From NCBI GenBank assembly GCA_905178155.1, contig CAJINV010000002.1, forward strand, positions 3,849,838 through 3,913,837: a stretch of DNA of 64,000 bases. Direction: 5' to 3'. A program made the position numbers and the translations under genes. This document shows positions 62,201 through 64,000 of the stretch, piece by piece. Every line of letters starts with the position of its first letter. The first letter of the stretch is position 1. The stretch is from Amoebophrya sp. A120. Lineage: Eukaryota > Protista > Dinoflagellata. A model generated the notes under the pieces. It saw only the letters and a list, made by a program, of their open reading frames with translations. It was not told where the DNA came from and searched no databases.

Positions 62201-64000
62201 TTTAGACTTTTCCAGACCCAGACATAGTTGCATTTGATAAACGAGTTGTGCCGGCAGTTTCGGGACTTGTTTTTCGAGAAAATAGACGACGGCAAAAACA
62301 TGGGGGGGATAAACGACGGGATGAAGAAGAACCACAAGAACCAAAATGACGGCACGCGGCAGGCTGATGAACCAGAAGAAGAAGCAGGCGTAGAAGAAGT
62401 AGAAACGACCCCGGACTGCCGGGATTTTGTGGACAGTTTCGTGTTCGGGGAAAGAATTGTGGACGACAAGAAGGACGTCGACCTGCGGATGTTGAACAAT
62501 GGCGCTGCTGCAAGAACAGCAGAAAGTCCACTTCCTCGTGGACCACGAGATAGAAGTGGTAAAACGAGAACTTCATCTCCAGCAGCTGCCCGCGCGGCCC
62601 CCACCAGTCGTGGATACCCATCATCTACTTCGCACCGGTTCTTGTACTACCCCCGGCTGAGTGCGTTTGGAAAGCGCACGTTCGAACAAACAGTCCTCAA
62701 CCAGGAAGGCCATTCGTGGTGGGACGCCCCGAATCCGCGAGCCCCCTCCTTGGATCTGATTTCGAACCCTTTCCACGGCCGCCGCATCCGCCTGCCCGGA
62801 GACGGAATCTTTATCCTGTGTGAAAACGTCCCCACCCCAGAGTTGTCATGATGCACATTTGCAATGATAGGAACGCTTGTAATGCGCTTCCCCATGAGCA
62901 TGACAGGCATAGATATCCAGTCGTGTTTTGGCATTTATAATGCTGCAAACAGGATAATCAGATGGATTTTTGATGCGGTTGTCCTTGCTAACATGCACGA
63001 CACTACGGACTGCAACTTGTCATGCGTGACTCCCAAAACTTCTGGATTTGTGTTGCTAACTTGTCAACTTGGCTATGGGATGGGGACCTTTTTACTCAGG
63101 ATAAGCTTTTCGCAGTTCTCCTTGCGCAACCAGGACTTGTTTCAGGGTGACACGGTGCCGACCGGGAACAGCATCTTCCAGCCCTTTTGGGACTACCATA
63201 CGGCTCGTCTCACCACCACAGCGGGGGCGAAGAACAAAAATGAGCCGCCTGCGGATAAACAATCTTCGAAAACACCAGCGCGGCACTCTCATCTGTCTGT
63301 CTACCAGCGGATTCAACTGGCCTCGAATCCCGTGCGTCATGAGAAGGATCTACTGATTAAACTCGCGCGGAAAGATCCAATTGGGAGTGTGAAGTTAGCC
63401 TCGTTTCAGCTGCGAAACTTTGACCCGGAGTTTCAAAAGGCGGTACTGGAAAAGGACGGGCTGGCGTTGCAGTATATGGAAATCGCCCCGCTTTGCGCGG
63501 CGCGGCCATGTTCAAACGTTTTGTTTCTTCCGGACTATGTTGCTCCCGGTAGCTCTCGTGAGCAAATGGAAATGAAGAACAGCGCAGGTGGAACAAAAAG
63601 TAAAGCATTCTCCTTTATTCCGCGCGGCGCAGCTTCCGGTTCCGACCCCCTCCCAGGGCCGTCGTCGCCGTATCAGGTCGTCGCGCAGCAGCTTCCTCGG
63701 GATTTAGCTCTACTCGCGGTGAAAAGTAACGGCCTGGCGCTTCGTTACTTGTCCCCGGAACTGCGGGCCGACGCAGAAGTCGTGAAGATGGCCGTGATTC
63801 AAGACGCTGAGGCTTTGCAGTTTGCGCACCCCAGCCTGCGGGTCTACGCGCCCTGGGAAGGTGCGTTTTCCGACGCGGGGATTTGGCCGACGGAGCTGGC
63901 AGCTATTCCGGAGCGGGGATCATCTCAAGAACACCCGGGTGGAACATCACCCGTCGTCGCGGGCCGGTGGAAATTAAGCGGGAAACATCCACCCAATGCG
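44259..64000 (+). CDS. Very large protein with DUF4116-type repeats and an N-terminal hydrophobic segment; 39 introners; runs off window
   Basis: ENGLALQYVFPLH|LRSNRDLV, QNGRALKYASAELRSDREIVQYAV, KDGLALQY, SNGLALRYLSPELRADAEVVKMAVIQDAEALQFAHPSLR; frame kept across all 39 junctions. Confidence 0.75.
45150..45418. mobile_element. Introner family A
   Basis: DR agtgg/agtgg. Confidence 0.9.
45490..45806. mobile_element. Introner family G
   Basis: DR tgcac/tgcac. Confidence 0.9.
46088..46381. mobile_element. Introner family G
   Basis: DR tctgg/tctgg. Confidence 0.85.
46444..46660. mobile_element. Introner, F-like
   Basis: DR actcc/actac. Confidence 0.85.
46712..46993. mobile_element. Introner family C
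   Basis: DR gcagt/gcagt. Confidence 0.9.
47917..48182. mobile_element. Degenerate introner
   Basis: Residual IR ctacattga/tcaatgtag; DR tcaac/tcagt; removal restores the frame. Confidence 0.6.
48529..48793. mobile_element. Introner family A
   Basis: DR agaaa/agaaa. Confidence 0.9.
49008..49173. mobile_element. Introner, singleton TIR (tatcccacagaaaaaagc.ggcagg)
   Basis: DR gtgga/gtgga. Confidence 0.9.
49370..49578. mobile_element. Introner family F
   Basis: DR ccctc/ccctc. Confidence 0.9.
50319..50568. mobile_element. Introner family A (DR permits GT-AG)
   Basis: DR gcagg/gcagg. Confidence 0.9.
50672..50894. mobile_element. Introner family B
   Basis: DR atggg/atgga. Confidence 0.85.
51014..51323. 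mobile_element. Introner family G
   Basis: DR gtggc/gtggc. Confidence 0.9.
51366..51574. mobile_element. Introner family F
   Basis: DR cttag/cttag. Confidence 0.9.
51620..51871. mobile_element. Introner family A (reverse of 50319 type)
   Basis: DR gctcc/gcccc. Confidence 0.85.
52088..52351. mobile_element. Introner family A
   Basis: DR ggatt/ggatt. Confidence 0.9.
52390..52694. mobile_element. Introner, D-like
   Basis: DR tatta/tatta. Confidence 0.85.
53227..53505. mobile_element. Introner family C with perfect 32-bp TIR
   Basis: DR cagca/cagca. Confidence 0.95.
53670..53880. mobile_element. Introner, F-like
   Basis: DR gagct/gagct. Confidence 0.9.
53938..54170. mobile_element. Introner family B
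   Basis: DR tgctg/ctttg. Confidence 0.8.
54191..54333. mobile_element. Introner family E
   Basis: DR ggtct/ggtct. Confidence 0.9.
54393..54694. mobile_element. Introner family D
   Basis: DR aggcg/aggcg. Confidence 0.9.
55581..55871. mobile_element. Introner family C
   Basis: DR ggaag/gggag. Confidence 0.85.
55949..56274. mobile_element. Introner family D (reverse of 16410 type)
   Basis: DR aggcc/aggcc. Confidence 0.9.
56438..56729. mobile_element. Introner family C (reverse of 46712 type)
   Basis: DR cattg/cattg; 3' end AGA. Confidence 0.85.
56781..57042. mobile_element. Introner family A
   Basis: DR gtccc/atccc. Confidence 0.85.
57138..57286. mobile_element. Introner family E (reverse of 54191 type)
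   Basis: DR ctcaa/ctcaa. Confidence 0.9.
57709..57960. mobile_element. Introner family A
   Basis: DR cgcag/cgcag. Confidence 0.9.
58001..58279. mobile_element. Introner family C
   Basis: DR cgtag/cgtag. Confidence 0.9.
58368..58665. mobile_element. Introner family G
   Basis: DR acgcg/acgcg. Confidence 0.9.
58786..58936. mobile_element. Introner family E
   Basis: DR tactc/tactc. Confidence 0.9.
59013..59336. mobile_element. Introner family D (reverse of 28302 type)
   Basis: DR cgacc/cgacc. Confidence 0.9.
59557..59771. mobile_element. Introner family F (DR permits GT-AG)
   Basis: DR cgagg/cgagg. Confidence 0.9.
59820..60081. mobile_element. Introner family A
   Basis: DR acttc/acttc. Confidence 0.9.
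60105..60478. mobile_element. Introner family B, extended/composite (374 bp)
   Basis: Perfect 15-bp TIR tatccgagtgcacaa; DR acttc/agttc. Confidence 0.85.
60536..60859. mobile_element. Introner family D
   Basis: DR ggcgg/ggcgg. Confidence 0.9.
61175..61490. mobile_element. Introner family D
   Basis: DR caaga/caaga. Confidence 0.9.
61563..61816. mobile_element. Introner family A
   Basis: DR accga/accgg. Confidence 0.85.
61977..62239. mobile_element. Introner family A
   Basis: DR aacga/aacga. Confidence 0.9.
62812..63103. mobile_element. Introner family C
   Basis: DR atctt/agctt. Confidence 0.85.

Noticed and set aside
1-63103. Recurrent short ORF peptides (KCKNVWVWK, MSGSGR, MQKCLGLEE, PDPDIFAF, KNPPSP) as a repeat-protein family
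   Set aside because: They are translations of the introner TIRs in different frames and strands, not genes
1-63103. CRISPR array or REP/ERIC-like prokaryotic repeats
   Set aside because: Repeats are inverted pairs with direct-repeat flanks inside eukaryotic genes; no regular repeat-spacer period and no cas genes
228-63103. TGCATG as an RBFOX splicing enhancer
   Set aside because: The real consensus is longer and tolerates GCATC/GCATT; RBFOX regulation is established for animals, not for this inferred lineage
1-64000. Genes are TE-inactivated pseudogenes
   Set aside because: No frameshifts or stops in the reconstructed exons, and conserved motifs are intact across all traced junctions
1-64000. 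Autonomous transposase or reverse transcriptase for the elements
   Set aside because: No DDE, RT, tyrosine recombinase or Rep-helicase motifs recognised; the SF1 helicase is UPF1-like, not Pif1/Helitron-like

Overview
Eukaryotic genomic DNA (standard genetic code), most likely a syndinian/dinoflagellate such as Amoebophrya (inference from intron style). It holds eight protein-coding genes, all on the + strand: a Thr-rich single-TM surface protein, an EF-hand protein, a UPF1-like SF1 helicase, two membrane proteins, a small hypothetical protein, a FAM32A-like splicing factor and a >19-kb DUF4116-repeat gene. Their reading frames are interrupted by 95 (94 complete) MITE-like elements, mostly 143-374 bp. 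These start TA(T), end (A)TA, carry terminal inverted repeats (at least 7 TIR families) and are flanked by a 5-bp direct repeat (58 of 94 perfect by my count). In every case I traced by hand, removing the element plus one repeat copy restores the ORF, including conserved motifs. They therefore behave as non-canonical, mostly non-GT-AG introns (introners). They occur in both orientations, only inside CDS, share an internal TGTNATGC/GCATNACA motif across families, and show end-to-end covariation. Also present: a Helentron-like element nested in an introner, a 1.6-kb foldback element forming a GT-AG intron, and a few canonical introns. No transposase was found. Coordinates were read by eye and may be off by a few bases.
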